A stretch of 64,000 nucleotides of DNA, taken from the NCBI RefSeq assembly GCF_009834535.1, contig NC_045696.1, positions 120,220,001 to 120,284,000 of the forward strand. The letters are read 5' to 3'. Below the pieces are notes generated by a model. That model searched no databases. It was not told where the DNA came from and saw nothing but the letters and a program-made list of their open reading frames with translations. The translations under genes and the position numbers were made by a program. Every line of letters starts with the position of its first letter. Within the stretch, counting starts at the first letter, position 1. Of this stretch, positions 22,746 through 36,800 are shown piece by piece. Origin of the DNA: Camelus ferus. Lineage: Eukaryota.

Positions 22746-25000
22746 CCCGGTCAGCAGGATGGCAGAGTAGGATAGACCAGCCTTCACCTTCCCTCCCCAA
22801 AACAACAATTAGACAGCTATCCATGACAAAAATAACCCTGGAAGGGCTCAGAAGTCCAATTAAGAACCTACAGTAATACACTGGCACAAAAAATGAAGAA
22901 ATACACAGAAAAGACAGCTGAGGAGATCACATTGGTTAAGATGTTTGGCGATGACAAGGAGCAAAGAAAAAGACCAAGGGCTGTCAGGATTAGCCATGCG
23001 ACAGGTGCTGTGTGCTGCCACCTCCCTAGTGGCCTGCTCTGCAGAGGTCCCTGGCAGCCTCTACCACAGAAGATCTCACAGCCCTGGTGACAGCTGCAGA
23101 TTCCTGACAACCTTCACAGCAGAGGACCCCATACTGTTCACTAGCATGGACCGCAGTGGCTTTTGCCACTGAGGTACCAGGAGCCAGAGCTGCTGTGGAC
23201 CCCTGGGAGGGAGATGCGGCTATGCATCCCTCAGGAGGAGCAGCTGTTGTGCTGCTGTGGGTCCAGGACTGCCTGCCCTCCCAGCCCCAGGCACACCCAG
23301 ACCTCAGACCCCCAGCTCCTCCGACCCCCAGCTCCTCCACATGTGCCCACACTTCAGACTCTGGCCCCGTGTATCCACAGGCATAAGGCCATGCTCCAGA
23401 GCCTGACTCCAAGGTTGCTCTGTGCACACCCACATCTCAGGTGCTGGGGCCACTGCTGCTGTGGGTTAACCAGTACCCCTGACCCCAGAGCTTCTCTCTC
23501 TCCATGCAGGCATGACTCCAGAGCCTGGCTCCCTGACTGCTTGCTGCTTGCCCACATCTCAAGCACCACCAAAGGAACACAATAATTTTTCAGTAACTGA
23601 CCCAAAAGAAATGGAGATCTACAAATTACCTGACCAAAAAAAAAAAAAAAAAAAAAGAAAAATTTTTTTATGGAAGCTCAGCAAGCTACAAGAGAACACA
23701 GATATACAACTCAATGAAATCTAGAAAACAATACATAATCAAAATGAGAAGTTCAACAGAGAGACAGAATTCATAAAGAAGAACAAATGGAAATTCTGGA
23801 ACTGAAGAGTATGATGAAATGGAAAAATGCAACAGAGAGCATCAACAGCAGACTGGAGCAAGCAGAAGTAAGAATCTGTCATCCTGAAGACAAGACAGTC
23901 TGAAGAGAAAAAAGAATGGAAAAGAGTGAAGCAAGTCTATAGTGAATTATGAGACACCATCAAGAAAGCATTTGAATTATGGGCATCTCAGGAGAAGAGA
24001 GAAAGGAGCAGAAAGGTTATTTAAAGAAATAGTTGCTGAAAACTTCCTAAGTCTGGGGAGAGATGTGAATGTCCAGGTACAGAAAGCTAATTAGTCCCCA
24101 CACAGATTCAACCCAAAGAGGACTTCATGGGGATACATTATGATAAAACTGATAAAGATCAATGAGAGAATTTTGAAAGCAGCAAAGAAAAGAAATTCAT
24201 TACTTACAAAGGAGCCCTCCTAAGGCTACCAGCACTTTTCTCTGCAAAAACTTTTGCAGCCAGGGGATAATGGGATGGTATATTCAGGAGTGCTGAAAGA
24301 AAAAAAAAAAACTTGCCAACCAAGAATACTTTACCTGACAAAGCTGTTCTTCAGTGAAGGAGAGAGAAAGATTTTCGCAGATAAACAAAAGCTGAGGAAG
24401 TTCATCACCATGAGACTTTCCTTACATGAAATTTTAAAAGGAGTTCTTCATGCTGAAATGGAAGGGTACTAACTAGTAACATGAAAACATATGAAGTATA
24501 AAACTCATGTTAAAGATAAGTATATAGTCAAACTCAGAATATTCTCATACTGCAAAGGTGGGGTGTAAGTCACTTAACTGTAGTCAAAAGGTTAAAAGAC
24601 AAAAACATTAAAAATAACTAATAGCGAATACACAGTATAAAATATGTAAATTGTGGTATCAAAAACATAAAATGTGGTGGTGGGGATTAAAGGGGTAGAG
24701 TTTGTAATGTGATTGAAGTCAAGTTGTTACCAGTGTGAAACAGACTGTTCTGTGTAAGTCTCATGGTAACCAATAGCAACCAATAGTAGATACACAAAAG
24801 AGAAAGAGAGGAATTCAAAGCATATCACTACAGAAAAATCATCAAAAGAAGACAGCAAGAGGAAAGAAGGAATAAAAGAACTGCAAAAGAACCAGAAAAC
24901 AACAAAGACAGCAACAGTAAGTTTTCACTTATCAATAATTATTTTAAATGTAAATGGATTAAATTCTCTAGTCCACAGTGAAGGTGGCTGAATGGATTTT
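22746..25000 (+). mobile_element. L1 5' part: 5'UTR, degraded ORF1, start of ORF2
   Basis: Starts caggatggcagagtagg. ORF1 remnants EMEIYKLPD...KLSKLQENTD and CQPRILYLTKLFF..GERKIFADKQKLRKFIT. ORF2 start remnant 'ttatcaataattattttaaatgtaaatggattaaattc'. Confidence 0.85.
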
Positions 25001-25657
25001 TTTAGACTCAAAACTCCTTCTTTAAAAAATCTCTAGTTCAAGTGTAGACGAGTCCCTTGTCACTGGTGCTTAGTCAAGCCTCTCTTGGATATAAGAAACA
25101 AAAGTGAAACTCAAAACGATTACTTACGGCAATAATACGAAGTCATTTTCTCCTGTGTCCCTTGGAAGGAGTGAATACAGCTGGGTTTCTGGAACCAAAG
25201 TCTCAAACACTGACTAAACTCCAAATTTCTGTCCTTACTTCTGTTTCTCTCTGTGGATCAGTTATAGTTCTTCAGACCAATTTCTCGACATCTTAAACCA
25301 TCATCCCAAGAGTTCTTTGGTCATATCTTCCCCGCAAAATCACCGGAAAGTAAGGATCCTTTTGTTTTGTGAAAATGGGACACACGCCACAGAGCACTGT
25401 GGACTTCCTGCCTCCCAGGCCCCTTCTTCTGATGGTGTCATCTAAAATCTACTACTAGGAAACCTCTTCTTTGACACCCTGACTCTGAATAATCAAAATT
25501 AGAGTCTCATTTGAGTCTTACTACCTTGGTAGTTAGTACCCCTCATACTACCTTGGTGACCGCTTCTCCAAATTTCTACTCTTCAGGTGATACATATAAG
25601 AGGGTAGCTTTTATCTTGAAATATTATCAGCATATCTTAATAAAATATAGGGATCCC

Positions 25658-26880
25658 TTTTTAAAATTGAAGTATAGTTGATTGACCATGTGTTAGTTTC
25701 TGGTGAACAGCATAGTGATTCATTCATTCACATATATGTATTCTTTTTCATTATATGTTATTACAAGAATATAGTTCCCTGTGCTATACAGTAGGACTTT
25801 GTTGCTTATCATGTTTTTTATCTAGTAGTTTGTATCTGCTAATCCCAAACTCCCAATTTATCCCTTCCCACTCCCTTTCCCCTTTGATAAGTTTGTTTTC
25901 TATGTCTGTTAGTCTGTTTCTATTTTGTAAGTAAGTTCATTTGTGTCATTTATTTAGATTCCACATATACGTGGCACCATGTGATATTTTTCTCTCTCTT
26001 TTTGGCTTACTTCACTTAGCGTGATCATTTCTAGGCCCATCCATATTGCTGCAAATGGCATTATTTCATTCTTTTTTATGGCTGGGTAGTATTCCATTGT
26101 ATAAATGTACCCCATCTTTATCCAGTCATCTGTTGATGAACATTTAGGTTGTTTCTATGCTTTGGCTACTATAAATAGTGCTGCTATGAACATTGGGGTG
26201 CATGTATCTTTTTGAATTAGAATTTTCTCTGGATATATGGCCAGGAGTGGGATTGTTGGATCATATGGTAACTCTATTTTTAGGTTTTTAAGGACTCTCC
26301 CTACAGTTTTCCATAGTGACTGCACCAATTCATATTTCCACCAGTAGTGTAGGAGGGTTCCCTTTTCTCCACACTCTCTCTAGCATTTATTATTTGTAGA
26401 CTTTAATGACGGCCATTCTGACTGGTGTGAGTTGATACCTCATTGTAGTTTTGATTTGCATTTCTCTGATAATTTGTGATATTGAACATCTTTTCATGTG
26501 CCTGCTGGCCATCTGTGTGTCTTCTTTGGAGAAATGCCTACTTAGGTCTTCTACCCATTTTTGATTGGGTCCTTTCATTTTTTGTTCTTGAATTGTATGA
26601 GCTGTTTGTATATTTTGGAAATTAATTCCTTGCCAGCTGCATCATTTGCAAATATTTTTTCCCAGTCTGCAGGTTGTCTTTTTATTTTGTTTATGGTTTC
26701 CTGTTCTGTACAAAGGCTTATATGTTTGATTAGGTCCCAATTATTTATTTTTGCTTTTGTTTCTATTGACTTGGCAGACTGCTCTTGGAAAACATTGCTA
26801 CGATTTATGTCAGGGAGTGTTTTGCCTATGTTCTCGTCTGGATTTATGGTGTCCTATCTTATATTTAAGTCTTTAAGCAA
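25658..26880 (-). mobile_element. 5'-truncated L1
   Basis: ORF 26390..26578(-) reads [18 protein letters not shown]...[11 protein letters not shown], followed by 3'UTR. Diverged TSD aaaatatagggatccc / aaaatataagcatcc. Confidence 0.9.
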
Positions 26881-27649
26881 TGAAAATATAAGCATCCTTT
26901 TAACTGTAACTACGTACCTAGGTAGCAGGAGAGGAGAAAAGCATGTTGTTCGCTCATGGGTCTTCCCCCACCCCTACTCCAAATTACGTGAGAATATACT
27001 TTTCTAAGGAAAACCATAAAAGAAAACTCAAACCACCTGGCACGAATTAACTAAGCCTCAAGGGGACTGACCAGAGTTATGTGAGTCACCATGTGGTTTT
27101 TTGAGTCAGGAAAAAGAAAGAGTATTTCAAGAATTTCTCCACCATGATTGAAAAAGTGTTCAAAGATATAAACCAAGAGAATTTTTCTAAAACATGTACA
27201 ATTAAGGAATATTCAGAAGTTTTTCCAGTTACTGTGACTGAGTAATAAATGATCCCTAAATCTCGGAGTGTGAAAGCTGTTTATTATGCTCACAGATTCT
27301 GTGGATGGGAATATGGACTGGGTACCATGAGAGCCTGGCTCTGCACCACAGTGTCTAGGGCTCCACTAGAAGATGTCTTGCTCTATCCTTGGAAGCCACA
27401 CTGCATCCTGTTTATCAAGGCAGTCACAAAGTCCTGTCCAGATTCATTAGCACTTGATGGGAGTGTCAAATGAAGAGCATCTGAAGCTGAAAATATTGCT
27501 TTGGTCAGTTTTGAAAAACAATCTGTCACAAAAATAAAACTGGAGACATAAGTATAGATAAAACAGAAGTGTAGGAATCCTAAGAATATTCTCCACTGCA
27601 CTACCATTAAATTTGAAAATGGCACATGGCCTTCTCATGCATCCACATG

Positions 27650-28290
27650 GTTTCTGATCATGATGGAGTGACAGATATTGTACTGTCTTCTTTCTGTAAA
27701 CATCCATAAAACTGGCCAAAACATATGCAGCAAAGCGTTTTCCAGCATTAAAGAGTATGCACGGCTGTAATCCTCAAGGGAATGGAAAACACCCGGCGAC
27801 CTGCACATTAGCTCCAGCTGTCTGCATTGGAGGCTTTTCCAAACTGTAGCAGGAGAAAGCGGATCCCGGAGACCAGTGAGCTGCTGATGTGGCTCTGGTG
27901 TGCACCCGAGAAACAGAAGGATGCGGTACAGAGAAGGGTCTCTACTGAAGTCTCTAGCAATCTCTCGAGCCTTTGGCTGAATGTTAATCTGGGCTGACAC
28001 AGCCGTGAGGACCGAAGCAGAAGGCTCACTGTGGGTTTGTGTGCTACATGGAATTTTCTCAAGTCACAAAGCATTGGAGTTCTAACTGGTGGGGGGTGGG
28101 GGGTGGGCTGGAGAGACTCCCTGGACAAAGGCACCAGCTGAGAACTCAGAGCAGCCACAGCTTAAGGGCAGGGCTCACAGACGCTAGGATGGGCTGCTTT
28201 AGACCCACCCTCCAGAGTCCAGAGAAAGGCATCTGACCTGTCAGTAAATGAACTGCCTTATACAGCAAAACTTAACATTTATGAATGAAA
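27650..28290 (+). mobile_element. Ancient L1 5' region remnant
   Basis: Resembles old L1MC/MD 5' ends ('catgatggagtgacag...taaaactggccaaaacatatg'); tentative. Confidence 0.35.
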
Positions 28291-28419
28291 ATGGCCCATA
28301 GCTGTTTCCTTTCCTTGCTTTGCGTCACCTCTTTCCGTATTGTCCCTCCAGCCCTCCTTCTCTTTCCCTCTTCCCTTCCTTCCTCTCAACTTTCTTTTTT
28401 TTAAAATCAGTGTCATGGA

Positions 28420-28550
28420 GGGGAGGGCATAGCTCAGTGGTAGAGCGTGCACGAGATCCTGGGTTCAATCCCCAGTACCTGCATTAAAAAAAAGTTAATA
28501 AACCTAATTACCTCTTCCCCAACCCCCCCCCAAACTGAACAAACAAAAAA
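28420..28550 (+). mobile_element. tRNA-derived SINE (Vic-1-like) with short internal deletion
   Basis: ggggagggcatagctcagtggtagagcgtgcacgagatcctgggttcaatcccc. TSD cagtgtcatg at 28408-28417 and 28551-28560. Confidence 0.9.
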
Positions 28551-29205
28551 CAGTGTCATGTTAATACTGTAGAATAAATTAGATAGTTTCTGTAACTTTC
28601 TACTGCTCTTGAACAATTGACATAGGAATTTTCTAATGATTAATTCCATTCATTCATAATACTCTCTGGGTGTGGTGGCTGTTTCAGGGGTACATCTTTG
28701 AGAACTTAATGCAGTTTTATTTTATTTTATTTTTTGACACCTTTTATTATGGTAAGTTTCCTGTACAGTAAGCGGTTTATTTTAATATTACTGGTTTATT
28801 AAGGTTTTCCTCTACTTACGATTGTTTTGGCAGTTTACATTCCTATGTAGTCTCTATTTTTGGTTAATGTTTGTTTATTTATTTATTTAGAATCTAAAAA
28901 TAACCAGTTCTCTTTTACTCTCCCCACATAAGCTTCTCATTGCGTCAAGACGGAATGTGAGACGGAGATTCTAATTGGTCAGATATGTTAATGATTATTG
29001 CATGAAGCCATTCACAGTAATCTTTAATTTCTAACCTCATTCCTGTGTGTAGCCTCACTCTCTCAACTCCAGGATTTATCTCTATGGTCTTCCTCTTGTC
29101 ATTGTTATCAGAATGACAAAATTTTTGTCCAGTTTATTATTCTTTTCAAAGAATCAGACTCTGGTTTTATTGATCAGCCGTCCCCCCTTTTTAAAATTAT
29201 TTTTT

Positions 29206-29509
29206 TAACATTTTTTGTTGAATTATAATCATTTTACAATGTTATGTCAAAATCCAGTGTTCAGTACAATTTTTCAGTCATTCATGGACATATACACACT
29301 CATTGTCACATTTTTTTCTCTGTGAGTTATCATAACATTTTGTGTATATTTCCCTGTGCTATACAGTGTAATCTTGTTTATCTATTCTACAATTTTGAAA
29401 TCCCAGTCTATCCCTTCCCAGCCTCCACCCCCCGGTAACCACAAGTCTGTCTTCTCTGTCTGTGAGTCTATTTCTGTCCTGTATTTACTCTTTGTTTTTG
29501 TTTGTTTGT
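29206..29509 (-). mobile_element. Young L1 3'UTR fragment
   Basis: Same 3' tail type as the 43.9 kb and 49.7 kb copies. TSD ttaaaattatttttt at 29191-29205 and 29510-29524. Confidence 0.85.
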
Positions 29510-29529
29510 TTAAAATTATTTTTTGATAA

Positions 29530-29722
29530 CCACGATATATAAAAATAGATAAAAAACAAATTTCTTCTGTATAGCACAGAGAACTATATATTCAATAGCC
29601 TGTAATAACCTTTAATGAAAAAGAATATGTAAATGCACATATGTATCTGCATGACTGGGACATTGTGCTGTACATCAGAAACTGACACATTGTAACTGAC
29701 TGTACTTCAATTAAAAAAAAAG
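29530..29722 (+). mobile_element. L1 3'UTR fragment
   Basis: ctgtatagcacagagaactatattcaata...cattgtaactgactgtacttcaatt followed by poly-A. Confidence 0.8.
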
Positions 29723-30109
29723 TTTTTCTCAAACAGGCAAAGACTCAAGATATAAAGCATTTATAAGCTTTTATGAAGATAAGCCTTTGAAAAGTGATTA
29801 AAAGAAGCATGCAACTAAGGGAAAAAAATTTTAAAAAGGACTCATGGTAAAGAATCATGAGTTGAAAGGATAAACAGAGGCTGCTGATTCTTTTAAAATA
29901 TACAATTAACACTAGACAAATGTAGGTATGAAGACATAGAACAGAATGCCAACATCAAACGTGATCTTAGATTAAAATGCAAATAAATATTTGGAGGCAA
30001 TTTGGAAGATGGTTAGAGGGAAACTTTTTAAGTGCACTAATTTCTTCAAATTTCATAGTTGGGAGTTAATGAATACCACATGATTGGGAAATTTTTTATG
30101 AGGTTTAAG

Positions 30110-30428
30110 TTTTAAGGATTGTCATGTACTACATGTTTATATGTAGTAGCTAACATTTACAAGCTCAAACTCCCTAATTTATCCCTTCCCACCCTCTTTC
30201 CCCTGGTAACCCTATGATTGTTTACTATGTCTGTGAGTCTGTTTCTGTTTTGTAGATGAGTTCATTAGTGTCCTCTTCTTTTTTTTTTTTTTTAGATTGC
30301 ACATATGAGTGATACCATACAGTATTTTTCTTTCTCTTTCTGGCTTACTTCACTTAGAATGACCTTCTGTAGGTCCATCCATGTTGCTGCAGATGGCATT
30401 GTTTTATTCTTATGGCTGAGTAGTATTC

Positions 30429-30466
<38 letters not shown>

Positions 30467-30722
30467 CACATCTTCTTTATCCAGTCATCTGTCAATGTAC
30501 ATTTAAGTTGCTTCTGTGTCTTGGCTATTGTAAATAGTGCTGCTATGAACATTGGGGTGCATGTATCTTTTTGAATTCGAGTTCCCTCTGGATATATGCC
30601 CAGGAGTGGGATTGCTGGATCATATGGTAAGTCTATTTTTAGTTTTTTGAGGAATCTCCATACTGTATTCCATAATGACTGCACCAAACTACAATCTCAC
30701 CAATAGTGTAGGAGGGTTCCCC
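30110..30722 (-). mobile_element. 5'-truncated L1 containing (GT)17
   Basis: ORF 30292..30687(-) reads [29 protein letters not shown]...[11 protein letters not shown]. Confidence 0.9.
30431..30464. repeat. (GT)17 microsatellite
   Basis: Direct reading. Confidence 0.95.
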
Positions 30723-33700
30723 GCCTGTCTGAGAAAAACTTTTGGTAGTTTTCGTGTCCAGATGACTGTTGGCTGGTGAGACATTCAGAGTTCCATCAGG
30801 GAAGGAGAACCACGGTGAGTTTGGGGTAGGATTCAGCAGAGGACTCAAAACTCTATACGATTGTGCAGGATGTGGGAAGTGAGGATCCTGGAGGAAGCTG
30901 GAGAAACTGAGGAGTCAGCAACCTGAGAGGGCAAGCCTGCCTAGGCACTGATGTCAGACTATGGAGAGGAAGCATGTGGGGAGGTCCATGGGAGCCCTGA
31001 CTCTGTGTGGCCACCACCTCTGCCAGTCTTCCTTCAAGCAGCTGGTGTCCAGCCTGGGGCTGCTGTTGGTCCACAGATCATCAGCTGAGAAGAGCTGGAA
31101 ATGAAGCAGAGGGTGCAAGGGTAGGCTGTGTTCTCTCTGCTCACCTTGTCACTACATTTATTCATGGCAGCCTGCAGAGACCTTCACGTTCAAACTTCTG
31201 AACCTCACACAAATCCCTCTTCTGTCCAAATGGAACCTGTAATCATACAGCAAAGAGACTTCTGGGAAATGTAGTTTTCAACAAACTGCCACAGTGCCAA
31301 CTTCCAGAACTGGGTTCGTGAGAATTTTTGTTCTTGAGTTTTACAGTTTTGCATTCTCATGAATACTCTTAACCTTTTCCTCCACTTTATAACTCATCCC
31401 TCAAATCACAAAATACACATTAACATACACTTAAATTTTTTTCTATTATGCTTAACTTCTGTCTAACTGAAAAAAGAACTCTTCGCAATGTTTATTGTCT
31501 TTGCATTTGAGCATCTGTTTTTATGAAGGGCTCTGAATTTCAGAAGCTTTTATTTATTTTTGCCTTATTTTTTATTAACCTATATCTTATTGCAGTCATT
31601 AAATGGATTTTCTTCTTTGACCTACTAAAAAAAGTTGTTTCATTTAAATTTTCTATTATTAAATAATTCTTAAAAATGGCATTGGGTCGTGGTGCATTCT
31701 TTGAATCCAATGCCTTAATCTATTTACAATTTTATTTAAGTATTATTTAATGTTGAATAGTATCAGATCATGGCTTTTTCCCTTTTGTATCATTGTCAAG
31801 ATTTGAGGCTTCTTAAAAAGCAATTTGTAAGCTTATTTTCTTTCTCTGGGTGAAATAGTATCAACTCTTTGTATTTTGTTTTTAGTGAAAAACGCTAATT
31901 AAAATATCTGAAATCGTTTGTTGTTTTGTTTCTCTGGGAGAATGTAAAGAGAATTTCTTTGGAAACTTTCTCAATTCATGGTTTTAATTCATTTTTTTTC
32001 TATTTCTTCTTGAGACAGTTTTAATAATTGTTAAATTGCAGAAAACAATGTTTTCAATCCAAGTGGGAGTGATGATCTAAGTTAGTATCATTGAAAGTAG
32101 AACTCCTTCATCGAGTTTTAAATTTAATTGGCATCCAGATACAGAGGTACTACACACGTATTTTTCAAATCTGCTTTATCATTTGCGATAGTGCCTTGTC
32201 CCTATCATATTTGTCATTCTTTGTTTTAACTCATTAATAATTTCAAGTATACTTAATATTTTATTTGTATCTGGTCATTCCACCAACTGAGGTTTTGAGA
32301 CTCTAATTTTAATATGTGCTGACTCTGAAGATTCCTGTTCATGGTGGCTTGTTATCTGTTTCTTTTCTTGTTCCTTTATGCTTTGTTTTCTAACTTGTGT
32401 TAGGCAGAGTTTTATCCATCAGAAATTGTGGGTTCAGTATATGTCTTTCCAGAGAGGATTTGTGTTGGCTTTTGCCAGGAATCCCAGGGTTGTTTTTAAT
32501 CCAAGACCACTTTTAGTGATAATTTCTTAACTTGGGGACCCTATCATTCACAGGATGTTTGAACCCCTGTCCTGTGTGAGATTAGGCCTTTGCCTATAAA
32601 TTCTCTGGTGGAACATTTCTTCTTTCCACTCAGGGCCCAGGCCAAGGCAGCTGAGTTCCGTGTCATCTCCTCTTTTTTTCTGGAAAGAGCTGTTCTTTTC
32701 TAATACCCTCGTTCACCAAGAGGGTCTCTCTTCGAGAATCTTGGATTTTTGTGGGGGTCTCATTCCAAGTCCTTGTATAGACCCAACACCTTGTCCTGTC
32801 CCCAAGGGGTCGTTAAAGTCCCTTGGTTTCTGTAATTGACAAATCATGCCGTGATGCTTTCCAGTTTCTTTTTGGCTTTGCCTCGGCCGTGGGGGTGGGG
32901 GGTTCCTCTCACTTTCTTTAAACTCAGGCATAGAATTAAAAGGTTAGTGCATTTCACCAACATTTCTAGTTGCTTTAAAGTGAGAGGTTCTTCCCCCATT
33001 CCCAATATACATAGCACATAATATTAATGGAATTGGAAATCTGCCACACAGTGTTCATTTCTTCCTCTGCTTAACATTTAACTTCATTCTTAATAATATT
33101 TTACTGGCACATAGATTAAGAAGTCAATCGGTTACACTCAGGTAACTACAGAAGATAGAAATTTCTTGCCCCTTACCTCCTCAATTCAAGCTCTCCAAAG
33201 ACAATCACATCTAACTCTTTCTTTTTCATTTAATACTCTTGCACAAATCTTTCTTGACTTTTGAGTTTAAATATTCTCCACTGAATTTCTTCTACAGGTT
33301 TTCTTATTCAGCTGTTTCCCTTCTCTGAATCCTCCAAATAATTATATTTATATAAATGAGATCAATGTTCGATGTTTATATTATTATGATCATGCAAATA
33401 TTATTCCCAGCAGGGTGATGTGTTGTACATTTCATGGAACTTCTTTGGGAGTAATAGTCACCTTCTTCTATTCCTTGCTTTGTCTGACAGCCAGTTGTAT
33501 ACATATTGCTATTTCATTGCCAAATGCTATGAGGACTGTAACTCTCCTCTCAATCTATTCAGACACAGTTTTTCTGTCGGCTTTTATCTCTTTACATCTC
33601 TCCTGGAGCCCTCAGCCTTTCTTCTCTGAAGGAATCTACAGGTTTATATGCTTATATTAGAAAAGAAGAAAGATTTAACATCAAGGACTAAGATCCTCCC

Positions 33701-33869
33701 TTAAGAAGCTAGGAAGAAAGAGCAAATAAAACACAAAGTAGGTGGAAAGAAGGACGTTGTAAAGAAGAGAGAATAAATCATTGAAAGGAAACAGAGAGTA
33801 GAGAAAATTTAACAAAATTAAGATCTGGTTCTTTGAAGAGATCACTATTGCCTTGACCCCTTATAATAC

Positions 33870-36800
33870 AAATTTAGGGTTATTTGTTCTAGTTCTGTGA
33901 AAAATGTCATGGATTTTCGATGGGGATTGCACTACACCTGTAGATTACTTTAGGCTGTATACACATTTTAACAATATTAACTCTTCCAATTCATAAACGT
34001 GGGCTGCCTTTCATTTGTTTGTATTGTCTTCAATTTCTTTCATCAATGTCTTACAGTTTCCAGAGTATAAGTCTTTCACCTCTTTGGTTAAGTTTATTCC
34101 TAGGTATTTAATTCTTTTTAATGCAATTGTTTTCATGCTTTCTCTTTCTGATAGTTTATCACGAGTCTATAAAAAAGCAACAGATTTCTGTATATCAATT
34201 TCATTCTGCAACTTTCCTGAATTCCCTTATTATTTCTACTTGTTTTTTGGTGGAGACTTTAGGGTTTTCTATGTACATTATCATGTCACTGCAAATAGTG
34301 ACACTTTACTACTTCCCAATTTGGATGCCTTTTATCTCTTGTCTTAAAACTATGGCTAGGCTTTCCAATACTATATTAAATAGAAATGATAAGAGTGGTC
34401 TTCCTTGTCTTATTCCTTATTTTAGAGGAAAAACTTTCAGTTTTTCACCATTAAGCGTGGTGTTAGCTGTGGGTTTGTCACAAATGACCTTTATTATGTT
34501 GAGATGTGTTCCCTCTGTACAAACTTCACTGAGAATTTTTATCACGAATGGTGTTCAATTTTGTCAAATGCTTTTTCTGCATCTATTGGGATGTTTTTTG
34601 TCATTTTCCTCATTCATTTTGTTAGTGTGGTGTATCACATTGATTGATTTGTGGGCACTGAACCATCCTTGCATCCCTGGAATAAATCCCACTTGACCAT
34701 GATTGTAAGGTCCTTTGTATATATTGTTGAATTAGGTTTGCTACTATTTTGTTGAGAATTTTGCATCTATATCCATCAGAGATATTAGCCTGTAATTTTC
34801 TCTTTTTTTGTAGTGATTTTGTCTGGTTGTGGCCTCATAGAATGAATTTGGGTGTGTTCCCTTCTCTTCATTTTTTGGGAATAGTTTGAGAAGGACAGGA
34901 ATTAACTGTTCTTTAAATCTGTGGTAAAATTCTCCTGTGAAGTCCAGTTCTAGATTTTCATTTGTTGGAAGTTTTTAAAAAATTATTGACTGAATTTCAA
35001 TACTAGCAATTGGTCTGCTCAGATGATCTGTTTCTTCCTGATTCAGTCTTGAAGAACTGTATGTTTCTAGGAATTTATCTGTTTCTTCTAGTTTGTCCTA
35101 GTTGTTGCCATATAATTGTTCATAGTGTTCTCTTATAATTGTTTGTTTATTTCTGTGATATTGGTTGTAATTTTTCCTCTTTCATTTCTTATTTCATTTT
35201 ATGGGGGTCCTCTCTGTTTTTTTCTTAGTGAGGCTGGCTACAGGCTTATCAACTTTGTTTATCTTTTCAAAACCGGCTTTTGGTTTCATTGATCTTTTCT
35301 ATCTCTATTTTATTTATTTATGCTCTGATCTTTATTATTTCCTTCCTTTTGTTGACTTTGGGCTTTATTCTTCTTTTTCTAATATCTTTAGATGGTAGAT
35401 TAAGTTGTTTGAGGTTGGTTTGTTTATTTGTTTGTTTTGAGGTAGGCCTATATTGCTGTGAAGTTCCTGCTTAGAACAGCTTTGCAACAGCCTACAGATT
35501 TTGGAACGTTGTGTTTTTACTTTTGTTTGTCTTAAGGTATTTTCTGATTTCCTTTTTGTTTTCTTCATTGAACTTTTTTCTTTTTTAGTGGCATATTGTT
35601 TAGTCTCTACTTTTTTGTGTTTTCCTCATTTTTCTTCCTATAATTAATTTCTAGTTTCATACCATTGTGGTGAGAAAAATGCTTGATCTAATTTCTACCC
35701 TCTTAAATTTGTTAAGACTTGTTTTGTGGCCTAGTATGTGATCTATCCCAGAGAATGTTTCATGTGCATTTGAAAAGAATGTATATTCTAGTTTTGGATG
35801 AAATGTCCTGAAGATGTCTATTAAGTCCAACTAGTCTAATGTGTCTTTTAAGACTACTACTTATTTATTGCTTTTCTGTTTGGATGATCTGTCCATTGAT
35901 GTAAGTGTTGGGGGGGGTGGCAGTTAAAGACCCCTGGTTAAATTATTATTGCTACTATACTACACCAAACTAATACTACACCAAACTAATACTATACTAT
36001 ATTATACTAACACTACATGTATATACACATATACTAATATGTACTACACTGCTATGTGTATCATTGTAATATGTCTGTTAATATCTGCTTTACGTATTCA
36101 GTATTTATGAACATTATATCCTATTCTAGTATTGATCCTTTTATTATTATTTAATGCCCTTATTTGTCTTTTGTTGCAGGCTTTGTTTTAAAGTCCACTT
36201 TGTATGATATGAGTGTTGCTACCTCAGCTTTCCTTTTATTTACATTTGCATGGGATATCTTTTTTCCATCCCCTCACTTTTAGTCTGTGTGTATCTTTAG
36301 CTCTGAACTGAGTCTCTAGATGGATCCTGGCTTTTTTTTTTTTTTTTTTAATCCATTCAGTCACCCTATGCCTTTTGATTGGAGCATTTAGTCCATTTAC
36401 ATTTAAAGTAATTATTGATAGGTATGTACTCACTGCCAATTTATTACTTGTTTCCTGGTTGGTTTTGTAATCCTTCTCTATTATTTTCTTCTTCTTTTAG
36501 TCTCTTCCCTTATGGTTTGATGATTTTCTTTAGTGATTTGTTTGTGTTTCTGTCTGTCTAGTTTTTGTGTGTCTATTGTAGGTTTTTGATTTGTGGTTAC
36601 CATGGGGGTTCATGTATGTTGACCAATAACTATATCTACTTGTTTAAACTGATAGTCATTTAATTTCAAACATTCTAAAAGCTCTGTGTTTTTTACTCCT
36701 CTCTCAAGCTTTTTGTGTTTTTGATGTTATATTTTACATTTTCATGTCTATGCCTTAACTGTTTATTGTAGTTATAGTTTATTTTATAACTTTTGTCTTT

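Noticed and set aside
23026..23605. Cluster of Pro/Cys-rich ORFs
   Set aside because: GC-rich L1 5'UTR.
34015..34696. 191-aa and 110-aa + strand ORFs
   Set aside because: Antisense frames of L1 ORF2.
35950..36060. Short tandem duplication (tactacaccaaactaa x2) and TACTA-rich run resembling a spaced array
   Set aside because: Simple-sequence expansion inside an L1; no repeat-spacer structure, and the context is eukaryotic, so not CRISPR.
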